Positions 36,928-49,907 of a stretch of 64,000 nt of DNA are shown piece by piece. The position numbers were made by a program, and so were the translations under genes. The notes under the pieces were generated by a model. It made no database searches, had not been told where the DNA came from, and worked only from the letters and a program-made list of their open reading frames with translations. The first letter of the stretch is position 1, and each line of letters starts with the position of its first letter. The stretch comes from Chiloscyllium plagiosum (Eukaryota): NCBI RefSeq assembly GCF_004010195.1, contig NC_057733.1, forward strand, positions 48,181,877 to 48,245,876. The letters are read 5' to 3'.

Positions 36928-38159
36928 AAAAACAGGAGTTAGCAATTGAGCAACCAGCAGCAGCATCATGACTGTAAAGCAAGTGTTAAAAACAACCCTT
37001 AGTTCAAATCCTGTGGGAATACTACTGTGGGAAGAGAAACCAATGCACACTCCCCTTAAAACAAAAACACAACCCAAAATCTGAGAGAGATACTTTGAGA
37101 TCTTACCATTGGGAGTATGCATTCACTAGTCCATTCCCAAGTCAGCGAACTCCCCACATGTTATCAAGTGACATCCGGATGCTTCTACACAGTTGGGGCC
37201 ACTTTGTACATTGTTGCCTCTTCATGTGCCATTCAGGACCTTAGAACAGTCAGGCAAGGTCCTTCCTACACATTCATGAGAAGCTCAGGATTCAGGCCAC
37301 ACTGCACGTCTTGCCAAGACCAAAATAGACTACAATTAAACAGAGCCCAATGGACATCTATACCCCCAAAATCTCCCTACTCAGGTTTTCCTTTTGACAT
37401 CTTGTCTAGGCAAGCACTTCTAAGAAGCCAGTGTTCACTTGAGAAAATGTCTCTGTTTGGCAGGTCCTGACATGACTAATATGTACTAGGTGAGGGAGGA
37501 ACTTCAAAAAGATGAGGGCATTACACTGCTAGATTAGTGTTATCTAAGCTGGGATCCACCAATCTTTCACTACCTTGTGCCAGTACTCACCAATTTCTGA
37601 AAGAGGATCTTACTGATATTAATGCTGCTCTCTCCAAAAAAATATAAACATGAAGCATTGAACAAAGTTTAACAGTTAGACACTTGTTCAGCACACTGCT
37701 ATTTGGGCAAGCTCACTACAACTTGTTGAAAAAAAAAGTTACAAATTTAGGCAAGGGGAGAATGAAACTAGGGCACAAATAGGGAATAATAAAAGTAAAC
37801 AAAAGGAACAAAAGATTTAACAAAAAAAGTGGCAAGTGCTTCAAGTCATCCGGGTGAGAACAGGATTTTAGGGTGGCGGGTTAATGTTGACCATTCCGCC
37901 TTTTGAAGATTACTGGCACACAATTCTCTCTGCTCAGCATCTCTGTACTCGACTGGGTAGCTGCCAGCCGATCACATCGATTAGTCCTCCTTCCCCCTCT
38001 CGAGTCCTCGAACTGTCATGCCTAGGCCCTGCCACAAAGACTGCACCTTTACACAACTTAGAAAAAAAACGCAAAGAAATGTTAAAGAAAGCAATGATAT
38101 ACTTTCTTTAAATTTTTGAATAAAGTGAGGAAAAAACAAATTGAATTGGCATTACTAAC

Positions 38160-38219
38160 CTAAACCTCTAGATGCAACATCTGTGGCAATAAGGATTGGT
38201 GCTTTGCCTGACCGAAACT
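38160..38219 (-). CDS. DDX5: DDX5 exon 11 (motif V)
   Basis: 60 nt: EFRSGKAPILIATDVASRGL; donor G|GTTAGT. Confidence 0.97.
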   Translation of the reverse strand, partial: SFGQAKHQSLLPQMLHLEV

Positions 38220-38306
38220 CTATTGGGAACAAATTTAAAAAATTGTTAAGACAACAAGTGTCTGGAAATTAAAAGAGAACAAGTTACAAATTGGGACTCC
38301 ACTTAC

Positions 38307-38368
38307 CATTTAGAACCCAGTCACGCTCTGGCTGACTCTTGTCACCATGAATGCACATTGCTGGCCAT
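38307..38368 (-). CDS. DDX5: DDX5 exon 10
   Basis: 62 nt: WPAMCIHGDKSQPERDWVLN; AG/GT flanked. Confidence 0.97.
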
Positions 38369-38767
38369 CTACAAGAAATTAAAACATGCACAGAACATTT
38401 ATGTAAATGAGAATTAACAAAGCTCAACATTCTTCAAATGGAGTGTTCAAATCCACCACGACTGCAAACAGCTACCATCACTAATCAGTTAAAGTGCATA
38501 AGAATAGATAAAGCCAGCAAAAAGTCATTTAAGAGTTGTTTTAAAAGCGTAAAAAAAAACGAGAAAAATACATGATACAACAGGAAAGGAGGGGTAGAGC
38601 AGGGACCAGTTCATTAGTTTGAAGCTGTTGAACTGTTTTGCATCTGTGATTCCTCATATTTCCATTTTATGTCAAACTTTGTCAAAAAGAGTAAAACTAG
38701 CTAAAGTTACTGATTATCTTGCAAGGACTATTTAAGCAGTATGACAACATTTAACCAGGCTACTCAC

Positions 38768-38878
38768 CCATCTCTCCTCATTCGCCGTGTAAGCTCATCA
38801 CATCTCCGTTTGGTCTCTACAAAAATGATAGTTTTGTTTTCTTTTTCACTCATTATCTCCTCCATCAACCTTAGCAGC
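38768..38878 (-). CDS. DDX5: DDX5 exon 9 (motif IV)
   Basis: 111 nt: LLRLMEEIMSEKENKTIIFVETKRRCDELTRRMRRDG. Confidence 0.97.
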
Positions 38879-39231
38879 CTAGAAAAAAAAAAGTAGAAGC
38901 AATAACCACTTAAATTAGTGAGATTTAGACAAAGATATATAAAAAAAGACAATAGCCATGTAGGTTATATGGTCCTATAACATGAGGAAGGGTTGGTCAG
39001 AAAAAAGTGCTGCTTTGAACAAGGTGAGAAGTTTGTAAGTGTTGATCTTCAGAAGGATTTGTACATATTCATGGCACAGTGTCCATGGACAGCAAATCAG
39101 AGATAAAACACAAGTTGGTCTTCAGACATCTATTGCAGCTCCCTTGCAATAAAATAGCCTTATGACAACAATTGTAGAGGGCTACAGTGACACCACAACC
39201 AGAGTGCAGTTTTGTCTCCACGTTTAAGAAT

Positions 39232-40013
39232 TGCATTTGGTAAAGCAAATCTTAGCAGGACTTATACACTTAATGGTAAGCTCCTAGGGAGTGTTGCTGA
39301 ACAAAGAGACCTTGGAGTGCAGGTTCATAGCTCCTGGAAAGTGGAGTCACAGGTAGATAGGATAGTGAAGGCGGCGTTTGGTATGCTTTCCTTTATTGGT
39401 CAGAGTATTCAGTACAGGAGTTGGGAGGTCATGTTGCGGCTGTACAGGACATTGGTTAGGCCACTGTTGGAATATTGCGTGCAATTCTGGTCTCCTTCCT
39501 ATCGGAAAGATGTTGTGAAACTTGAAAGGGTTCAGAAAAGATTTAAAGATGTTGCCAGGGTTGGAGGATCTGAGCTATAGAGAGAGGCTGAACAGGTAGG
39601 GGCTGTTTTCCCTGAAGCGTCAGAGGCTGAGGGGTGACTTTATAGAGGTTTATAAAAATGAGGGGCCTGGATAGGGTAAATAGGCAAAGTCTTTTCCCTG
39701 GGATTGGAGAGTCCAGAACTAGAGGGCATAGGTTTAGGGTGAGAGGGGAAAGATATATAAAAAAAAAGACCTATGGGGCAACTTTTTCATGCAGTGGGTG
39801 ATACGTGTATGGAATGAGCTGCCAGAGGATATGGTGGAGGCTGGTACAATTGCAACATTTGAGAGGTATTTGGATGGGTATATGAATAGGAAGGGATTGG
39901 AGGGATATGGACCAGGAGCTGGCAGGTGGGACTAGATTAGGTTGGGATATCTGGTCGGCATGGACGGGTTGGACCGAAGGGTCTGTTTCCATGCAGTACA
40001 TCTCTATGACTCT
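39232..40013 (+). mobile_element. CR1/HER1-like LINE 3' fragment in DDX5 intron 8 (antisense to the gene)
   Basis: ORF 39212-39580 reads LEYCVQFWSP...LERVQKRF; tail CTCTATGACTCT at about 40013. Confidence 0.92.
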
Positions 40014-40652
40014 AATTAGATGTATTGGAGACTGTGGAGTTAGGGTATGCCAAGATGTATACCTACGAATGAGTGTGGTGCTGTGTAAATTAGGTTGTTC
40101 AGATATGTACAGTAGTACTATTCTACGGTAGAGGACAATTCTCAATGCAAATATTCTAGCATAGCACCGAGGGATAGATCACAAACCCAACTAACAAAGT
40201 TATGGAGTAGGCCACCTGAGCGTTTCAGGATAATGGCTGATATGATTCAGAGCAGAGCAATGGACAAATTCATTGCCTTGTAAGTTTTTCTAATGAGCTG
40301 GTAAGAACAGGTGCAAAAAAATGTTAACCTTGCTTTGAAGCCAGGTTAGTTGGTAATTATTTGACGTTATCAAAAAAGGTCACTTGAAAGCAATTACATG
40401 ATACACTAGAAGGAAAATCCAGTAATGCCTTAAATCAGGAGCTGCGTCCCCAAGGGTGCCCTTTCCTTGAATTTTGAGGTCATGGTTTCCTAAAGCACCT
40501 GGGTGGCTGTTCAAAGGTAAGCAATGCTCCAAATTCCTACACATTTGCCAATACACATCTTCGACATCCTCATACAATCTTAAGGGCTACAACACAGAGA
40601 TTTATGTCATCCTGACGGTCACGAATCCAAAACATTTTCTAAAGCTCACTTA

Positions 40653-40847
<195 letters not shown>

Positions 40848-41050
40848 TTAAGTCCACAAAAAAAAAAGCAGTAACAGAAATTCAGCTATACTAGCAGATT
40901 CTCAATATCAAAAAAGTTTTTCTGAAGTGAACTTGCTCTATAGTGACACTCTTGGTCAACAATGAAAGTGCAATAGATATTTATTGCTCATGTATTCAGG
41001 GCCATTTTAAAGCTAATCTGTCAGACATTTTAAAATTATTTGCAAAGTTA

Positions 41051-41471
<421 letters not shown>

Positions 41472-41566
41472 CTAAAGAAAAAGCAAGTTTTTAAATTTTA
41501 GCTTTTGATTATATTTCCCAGCAATCCTTGTAATACAAGAAATACACTTGAAATTCAAGAACTTAC

Positions 41567-41632
41567 TATGGGACCATCTCCACGTTCCAGGAAAGGTTGA
41601 TGATTTATGTGGACAATGGCAGGCAGCAAATA
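41567..41632 (-). CDS. DDX5: DDX5 exon 5
   Basis: 66 nt: YLLPAIVHINHQPFLERGDGPI. Confidence 0.97.
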
Positions 41633-42318
41633 CTACAAAAGAAATTACAATTGGCAGGATTCAATATTATACTGAGTCAGTGTGTTCAGCAATATAATTA
41701 ACTAATAACTGGTTAGTCAGGGTAAAAGTAGTTACGCAAGACATTCTCAGCCATCCCCTTCTAGTTTTCGATGGGTACTAGAACCAGAGACTCAGAATAA
41801 AGAGGCTGGTCAATTTTAGGAAGACTACATTGGAGGCTCAGTCATTAACTGTTCAAATTGAAAAACAAATTTCTACATATTGAAAACCATGAATGCAAGG
41901 GTGCAAAATGGTTGAGTGTTGAATTCCACAGATATGCAATTTGCAACCTAAGTTACTGTACCTGACAAAAAAGTTAGAAAATAAAACTTCTACTTAACAA
42001 GAGACATTGCACGAGAAGCCACTAACTATTTAAGATTGGATTTCAGGTCCTGGCCAATTCTGTATCCTGCCAGTGGATAATCAGTGTCTTTAAAAAAGAT
42101 TCTATCACATGGTATTACTTTGTGAGCACACTATGATGAGACTGGCTGTTGCATTTTCTACACTTCACACATACTTTGGTTGTAAAAGGAGACATGTAGT
42201 CATTATACAAGTTACAAAGCTTCCTCATTAGTACACTATGACCCTTAAAACAATGAGAATAGATCAAGTAATCTGACACATAAAACATTGACCAGCATTC
42301 TGAGAACGCTTGTTTTTA

Positions 42319-42591
<273 letters not shown>

Positions 42592-43234
42592 TTAACTAAC
42601 CCTAGTAAAAAAATGTTTCCACTTTGCCATTAACAGTAAATTTTCTATTGGCTCTAAAGAACAGAAAAGATCTTCAAATACTAATCGTTGTCCAAGTTAC
42701 TTAGTTGACAGGACAGATGTGAACATTGAGCTGTTCTCATTGTCCTTTGGAACTGAACTGTGACGATGACATAACTTATTAGCTAGTTTCAGGCAACTCA
42801 GAAGTTCTGGTACAGCTTAGTGTTTCCGGTCCTCCTGCCATTCCCTACATTACTCCAATATACATAGTAAAGTTGTCAGTTTTCTTAACCGTCTTGGTGA
42901 GCTGGCTTGCATTCTCAATATCCTGATATTCAAGTGAATCAGAAAAATTTCCAAGAGAATGATCACAACAGATTAAGAAAACCAATATACCATGCCCCAG
43001 AAATTTCTCAATCAGCCACGACAGTCATTCCTTACTAGAGTTCAGTGCTGCAAGCAACTCAACTTGAGGAATTCACAATCAGCCTGAATCACATCTAATA
43101 GCATTTTGTATAAAAGGCACAATATAAAGTAGAATACAGGAAGGAAATGACAGGCCCACTAACAGAAATATTTGTGTCATCTATAAAAAGGTGAAGTATC
43201 AGAGCATGGGGGGTGGCTAATAGTGTCATTGTTT

Positions 43235-44375
43235 AAGATGGGTTAGGGATAGTCAGCATGATTTTATGCAAGGAAAAAAAAAAGTGCATCGCAAACTACA
43301 GACTAGTAAGTTTGAAGTGACACCAAAATTGGTGGTATTATGGAAAGTGAAAGACTATCCAAGATTATAAAGAGACCTTAAATCAATTGGGTCAAGGAGT
43401 GGCAGATAGAATTTAATCCAGATAAACTGGAGGTATTGCTAACTGGTAAAAATAAACAGGAATTATACATCCGGGGCAGTGTTGTAGAAGACCTAGGGGT
43501 TCAGATACATAGTTCCTTGAAATTTGATTCACATGTAGCCAGGTGGTCAAGGCGGCATTTAGCATGCTTGCCATCATTGCTTAGACCTTTGAGTTAGGAA
43601 TTCACATTGGAATCATACTGGACATTGAGGCCTCATCTGAACAGTTCTGGCCACCCTGTTAAAGAAAGGATAATTCTGAACTCTGCAGTTTCACACACAA
43701 AAGGGGTCAGGAATGGAAGATTTGGAGATGTAAAAATAGGCTGGAAAGGTTGGGACTTCATTTCCCTCTCCCCACAAACCTAGGATGGGGAGTAGGCATA
43801 TTTTTAAAAGAGAAAAATTAAATAATTTTTGAAAAACAATGATGAATTGCTAGAGGAAATGGTGAATGTAGGTACAGTTACAATATTTAAAAGACATTTG
43901 GATAACATTTGAATGATCCTTTGTCACATACACGAGTATAGTATAAACTTTCACTATACTCGTTGAGTGTATGTGACAATAAAGGCTCAATTATCCAAAT
44001 GCCTTTTAGATGTTGTAACTGTACCTACATCCATTTCCTCTAGCAATTCATTCCACATACAAACCAATCTTGTTTTTTTCCCCCAAAAAGGTTGCCCCTC
44101 ATGTCCTTTGGAAAAGTTCTTCTCACTTTAAAATATGCCTCTGCTAACCTCTAGGATCCAGTGAAATAAGTCACAGCCTTTTCAATTTTATATTTCAAAC
44201 CTTCCATTCCTGGTAAATCTTCTGAAGTCTCCCCATTTTAATAACTGAGCAAGTTAATGAATAGGGAAGATTGAAGGATATGGACCATGCACAGTCAGGT
44301 AGACTAGTTTAGTTTGGGAACATGGTCAGCATGGACTGGTTGGACTGAAGTGTGTTTCCCTGCTGTACAACTCTT
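43235..44375 (+). mobile_element. Degenerate CR1 fragment in DDX5 intron 3 containing an internal inverted duplication
   Basis: Decayed SQH, DTKIGG and 3' UTR sequence; the 3' UTR resumes at about 44255, after the inverted copy. Confidence 0.75.
43708..44212. repeat. Long imperfect inverted repeat (fold-back), 10-nt spacer at 43943-43952
   Basis: Matching arm pairs: CGAGTATAGT/ACTATACTCG, TTGTCACATACAC/GTGTATGTGACAA, ATGTAGGTACAGTTACAA/TTGTAACTGTACCTACAT, TGAATTGCTAGAGGAAATGG/CCATTTCCTCTAGCAATTCA, CAGGAATGGAAG/CTTCCATTCCTG. Confidence 0.92.
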
Positions 44376-44486
44376 GATGTTATAACAACCAGAGTACAAC
44401 TTTACCTCAAAAAAAGTAGTTTCATTGCAATCAGGTCACTTGTAATAAAAAGTTAAAAATTGAAATGTACAGTCATAGGTGCTCTA

Positions 44487-44627
<141 letters not shown>

Positions 44628-44711
44628 TCAGATCAAATTTAAAATTAAATTAACATTCATCTACCTAACCTCAACCCAATTACAGGAGTGTTCCAAGCTG
44701 CCATAAAAACA

Positions 44712-45017
44712 GGCAGCACGGTGGCAGTGGTTAGCACTGCTGCCTCACAGTGACAGAGATCTGGGTCCAATTCCCGACTCAGGCACCTGACTGTGGAGTT
44801 TGCACATTCTCCCCGTGTCTGCGTGGGTTTTCTCCAGGTGCTCCGGTTTCCTCCCACACTCCAAAGATGTGCAGGTCAGGTGAATTGGCTATGCTAAATT
44901 GCCCGTAGTGTTAGGTAAAAGGGGTAAATGAAGGGTAATGGGTGGGTTGCGATTCAGCGGGTCGGTGTGGACTTGTTGGGCCGAAGGGCCTGTTTCCACA
45001 CTAAGTAATCTAATCTA
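44712..45017 (+). mobile_element. tRNA-derived V-SINE (HE1-like) in DDX5 intron 2
   Basis: GGCAGCACGGTGGCAGTGGTTAGCACTG head, V-domain, and tail GGGCCGAAGGGCCTGTTTCC...TAATCTAATCT. Confidence 0.9.
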
Positions 45018-45802
45018 AAAAAAAACAAACCAAGATAACTAGTGGCTGGCAGTCAAACAAAAACAAACTGCGTGAAAAAAAACTTCAGATTGGTCTGAAG
45101 GAGGGTCACTGGGGCCAAAATATTATTTCTCTCCATAAATGCTGCCAGACCTGCAGAGTTTTTCCAGTAATTAGTTTCTGTTTCTAATTGGTCATCCGTT
45201 GTGATATAGCCCCCATAGTATCAATTCACAGCTTAAAATACATAATCAGTTACATATCTACAATGGGAAAACTGAAAACTTGATAGGCATAAAAGCTTAC
45301 TTTCTCAGATGTACTAATCAGTCCAAGTTTAACTTATTGAAACAAGTACAAGAACCATCAGCACTGAGTAATACTTCCTCATTTAAAAATGAAAGATAAA
45401 TGTCTATAATTCTCCCTTGCCTGTTAGATTATATGTCCACCAGGGGGATGCCAAACATTAGCTAAGAATAAACTGCACCTACTGTTATCTGTTCAGCAGT
45501 CATAAATATTTCAGTGGGTGGGGAAAGATGGCCCTTTCGTGACTAATAAGAATGAATCATCGGCCCACTTAAGAATAACCCATCAGCTACAACCGTCATC
45601 CCAACATCCTCTACCACCTTTGCCAAGTCAAACTTCGTTTCCTTTATTGTCTCCCTGAAAGGAAAGTGAACTTTCAAATGAAAGAGCTGCCATTTTTTTC
45701 GGGGACTAACACTATTTAATTTTCGACTATATCTCACCACACATGCAATATACAGAGGTTTAGGAATAGAGGAGAAAAAGAGAGAATGCCAGCCAGTCCT
45801 AC

Positions 45803-45974
45803 CACAGGTCGGTTCATCACATCTACGTGCTCGACGTAGAAGTTCTTCTCGAATTTGGGCAGCTCGTCCAGGTCCCATTTTCTTTTCCTCAGCTTCTCCC
45901 CCGGCTGCCCGAATTTCCTACCGGGAGGAGGCGCGTTCCTGCTACCGCCGAAGCGAGGGCCACCCGAACCGAAT
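45803..45974 (-). CDS. DDX5: DDX5 exon 2
   Basis: 172 nt: FGSGGPRFGGSRNAPPPGRKFGQPGEKLRKRKWDLDELPKFEKNFYVEHVDVMNRPV. Confidence 0.96.
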
Positions 45975-46528
45975 CTGGAATATTGATTTTGGAAGGGGTT
46001 AACAAAAAAAAAACTTACGTTTTCTTAAATAAGGAAAAGCGACCGTAGACGGCCGATGTGTTTTTTTTAAGAAATAAAGCCTCTAGACATAGAGGACTCC
46101 GTAAGCTCTTCACTAGATATCTTTAACACCCACCGATCGACTTTGCACCCACCCCACCATCACCACCATAAAACAGCATCTCCCGGCCATTTTAGATATA
46201 GTACAAGGAAGAAACCTGCAACACGAGGTCAAGTGGAACATCGAAATATAGGGATAAACAACAGACCCCGGCAAGACAAATAAATGGAAAGTTGGACGAA
46301 TATTTAAATGACTTGAGCCCCCCTCCCCAAAGAAAATCTCAATTTCCTCTACGAATTCTTTTTGGTAAAATTACGGTCCACAGGCCAGCTAGGATTTTGT
46401 TCAATCGGACCGCGTGGCACCAGCTTCTTCTCAGCCTCCAGAACGGAACCGGCTTCTTTTTTTAAAAAAAAATCTGAAGCTTAACAAGAATCGAACATGC
46501 ATTTTTCGAAAGAAAATTACAAACTCAC

Positions 46529-46572
46529 CCGCCACGCTCCCGACTGCGATCACCTCTATCGTAACCAGGCAT
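46529..46572 (-). CDS. DDX5: DDX5 exon 1 (start codon)
   Basis: 44 nt: MPGYDRGDRSRERGG; donor GG|GTGAGT. The 13 exons sum to 1962 nt (653 aa plus stop). Synteny with POLG2 and CEP95 favours DDX5 over DDX17. Confidence 0.93.
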
Positions 46573-46599
46573 CACGAAAAAGCGGCGAAGAAGGCAGCA

Positions 46600-47385
46600 A
46601 CCGAGATACTTGACGCTCGATGTGGAGCTGAGCTGGTGAAGGGGCGAAAAGAAGGAAGCCGGCTGGAACCTGAAGCTAAAATGCCGGTTCCTTGTCCGCC
46701 TTTAGTCAAAGCCGGCAAAGGGAGAGCCCGGAACTTATTCCGCATATTCCTCCGCAATTCAAATCCACGTAGCTGCTCCTCGACCCAAATACCTCCAAAC
46801 CCCTTTGCCACTTCCCTCACCCTTATCCCACTAATAAGGAATCAAATTGTCCCAGACTTCCGGCGGCGGGGTGTGTTTTTTAAAACCAAACTTCATCGCC
46901 CCATCTTCGATTTGACAGGGTCTACTTTGCCTCGCGGATGGTTACGAATGATCGAAGAGGGGGAGCTCTTTCTTCCCCATGGCGACTGCGTGACGTCAAT
47001 CAAACGGTAACGAAGGAGCGGCGCAAACATGAAGGACGATGATTAAATAATAATTATTCACACGCTCGCTGTTTCTGAACGAGGTGGGGGAAACATGTAT
47101 TCGTGATTTTTTAAAAAAACTTTAAAAACAAAAAGACGGGTGTTGGAGGGCGGTGCTTGGAGCTGTGACATAGTTCCGTGGGTGGGCGGTTGGTGATGTC
47201 ATGGACGGAGCCAATGGGCGGCTGGAGACGGTTTAAATGTACGAGTGTCCAGGGGATATGGTAGCGAGCTGACAACAAACTGATTAAATATAACTTTGAC
47301 TAGCTTAAGCTATTGGTGATTCTTCCTTGGTAATCATTATACATCTCTTCGAAGGAGGGAGAGTTTCTGTTCCGTATCGCTGGAG
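46600..47385. promoter_or_regulatory. Bidirectional CpG-rich DDX5/CEP95 promoter
   Basis: About 810 bp separate the divergent ATGs. Motifs: perfect CRE TGACGTCA (46991-46998), ETS ACTTCCGG (46856-46863), YY1-like ATGGCG (about 46979), GC boxes GGGCGG (about 47148, 47184, 47216) and CCAAT (47211). Confidence 0.85.
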
Positions 47386-47407
47386 ATGGAGGCTCAGGAC
47401 GAGAGAG
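47386..47407 (+). CDS. CEP95: CEP95 exon 1 (start codon)
   Basis: GAGATGG Kozak context, MEAQDER plus G, donor AG|GTCGGT. Phase 1 joins exon 2 as D-W-I-T-I-A-N. Confidence 0.75.
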
Positions 47408-48917
47408 GTCGGTCGCTGTCGATTCGCCTTCAGTTGTAGGCCAGCAGCCGCGCTGACAACTTTCCCAACAAACTTTCCTAGTGTTTCGATTTTAATGAAG
47501 TCTACTGCAATGCCTTTTACCTGTCATCGTACTTATTTTGTGTGAAATGATTGAGTTATGTCAACCAAGAAATCACTTCGTTTCTACCTCCATAGTCATG
47601 TTTTTAGCTATAGTCTACCCCTCCATTAGGAAAGGCCTTCGTTTAATATACTATAATATAAAATATTTGTGTGGTGGTCATTTTTATATCAAATTTGAGC
47701 TTCTTCACCTAGCCCACAGTGTCAAGGTAACCCGGAACTTGTTTAGAGGCGCCTGTTATCTGTTAACATAATGATCGGGGAGGTTGCCTTCGAACGTATT
47801 ATTAATTAAAACTGAAGCTACTGGCGAAACTCCGGTCTGGTAGCACTTCGAGTCCAATGACTCTTATGCTATTAGTTAATGCGATTGCTAGTCCGATACA
47901 AAATTGCAATTTGTTGCGTCTTATTCTTCAAGCGATGTTTTCTCTCAGTTCCCGCAAAGTCTCTTGTCTCAGCCTGACCCCGCATTTTTAATGCGTTTAC
48001 TATGATTCGTGTAATGTCCGAAACAACTTATTACTTTGAGAGGGTTGAAGCCATTAGTCGTCATAAAATGGAATCTATTGGTTTTACTCCCTCTTCCCTT
48101 CGCCTAAAGTGAATGAAGTATTGCGTCTTCCGGGTTGATTTGTGGCGCAGCATGTTCTACCTAAGCTCAGTTTCCAATGATTCTTTCAAATGCTTCCATT
48201 ACTGTTCCATCCCTGCGACTTTCTTACTGACCCTGGTTATGTCTAATAGGGGCAAAGGTACTTCTTTTAGTTATCTATAATGGACCTCCAAATTATTTTC
48301 TTTCTATATGTTGTAACAAATTGCCATTATGTCCTCTTGTGAAATATTGAACCTGAGAATGCTGGTATTATCCAGACCTGCTTTAATAGATAATTGTCAG
48401 TATTAGTTTATATTTTGTTTAAAAAAAAAAGTCTGTTTAAATAGTGTTCCTATAAATTTGTTTGATCAGATGGTAAGGAATTTCTGTAGAATAAAGTGAC
48501 TTTGGAGTGCTTGTAGCTCTTTTGAAGGTGGATGGGTATGTAAGCGTGATGAAAAAGGCACATGGGACACTTGTATAATCTATGCTTTGATTGATAAAGA
48601 CAAGAAGGCAAGTCAAGTTGGAGTTGTTTAGAACTTTTGAGATCACAGCTGGTGTTCTGATTACCAATTACAGGAAGGAGTGCAGAGGAGACTTACCAGG
48701 ATGCCCCCTAGGGTGGAAAATTTGAGGTGTAGGTGCTGGAATTAAGTTATACCCAAAAGATCAACTTCTCCACCACCTGATGCTGCCTGGCTTGCTGTGT
48801 TCTTCCAGCCTCCTGCTTGTCTACTTTGTTTTTGTTGAAACAGAGAAGATTGAAGGGTAATCTGATTGCGGTGTATGAGGTTGAGAGGCGTGGACAGTGT
48901 GGATAAGGAGGAACTCA

Positions 48918-49900
48918 GAGTCATAGAGATGTACAGCATGGAAACAGACCCTTCAATCCAACCCATCAATGCCGAACAGATATCCCAACCCAATCTAGTC
49001 CCACCTGCCAGCACCCAGCCCATATCCCTCCAAACCTTCCTATTCACATACCCAACCAAATGCCTCTTAAATGTTGCAATTGTACCAGCCTCCACCACTT
49101 CCTCTGGCAGCTCATTCCATACACATACCACCCTCTGTGTGAAAAAGTTGCCCCTTAGGTCTCTCTTATATCTTTCCCCTCTCACCCTAAACCTATGCCC
49201 TCTAGTTCTGGACTCCCCGATCCCAGGGAAAAGGCTTTGCCTATTTATCCTTTCCATGCTCTTCATAATTTTGTAAACCTCTATAAGGTCACCCCCTCCC
49301 CTCCCCCAGCCTCCGACGCTCCAGGGAAAACAGCCCCAGCCTGTTCAGCCCCTCCCTGTAGCTCAGATCCTCCAACCCTGGCAACATCCTTGTAAATCTT
49401 TTCTGAACCCTTTCAAGTTTCACAACATCTTTCCAATAGGAAGGAGACCAGAATTGCACGCAATATTTCAACAGTGGCCTAACCAATGTCCTGTACAGCC
49501 GCAACATGACCTCCCAACTCCTGTACTCAATACTCTGACCAATAAAGGAAAGCATAACAAATGCCTTCTTCACTATCCTGCGACTCCACTTTCAAGGAGC
49601 TATGAACCTGCACTCCAAGGTCTCTTTGTTCAGCAACACTCCCTAGGACCTTACCATTAAGTGTATACGTCCTGCTCTGATTTGCTTTCCCAAAATGCAG
49701 CACCTCGCATTTATCTGAATTAAACTCCATCTGCCACTTCTCAGCCCATTGGCCCATCTGGTCAAGATCCTGTTGTAATCTGAGGTATCCCTCTTCGCTG
49801 TCCACTACACCTCCAATTTTGGTGTCATCTGCAAACTTACTGACTGTACCTCTTGTGCTCGCATCCAAATCATTTATGTAAATGACAAAACAAAGTAGAG
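48918..49900 (-). mobile_element. CR1/HER1-like LINE 3' fragment in CEP95 intron 1, nested in an older plus-strand CR1 (about 48450-50300)
   Basis: Minus-strand ORFs SKFADDTKIGG, YCVQFWSP and RGHRFRVRGE; tail at about 48918. Confidence 0.92.
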
Positions 49901-49907
49901 GACCCTG

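Noticed and set aside
46414-47010. 198-aa plus-strand ORF antisense to DDX5 exon 1
   Set aside because: GTG start in a GC-rich promoter with no recognisable motif; probably a chance open frame.
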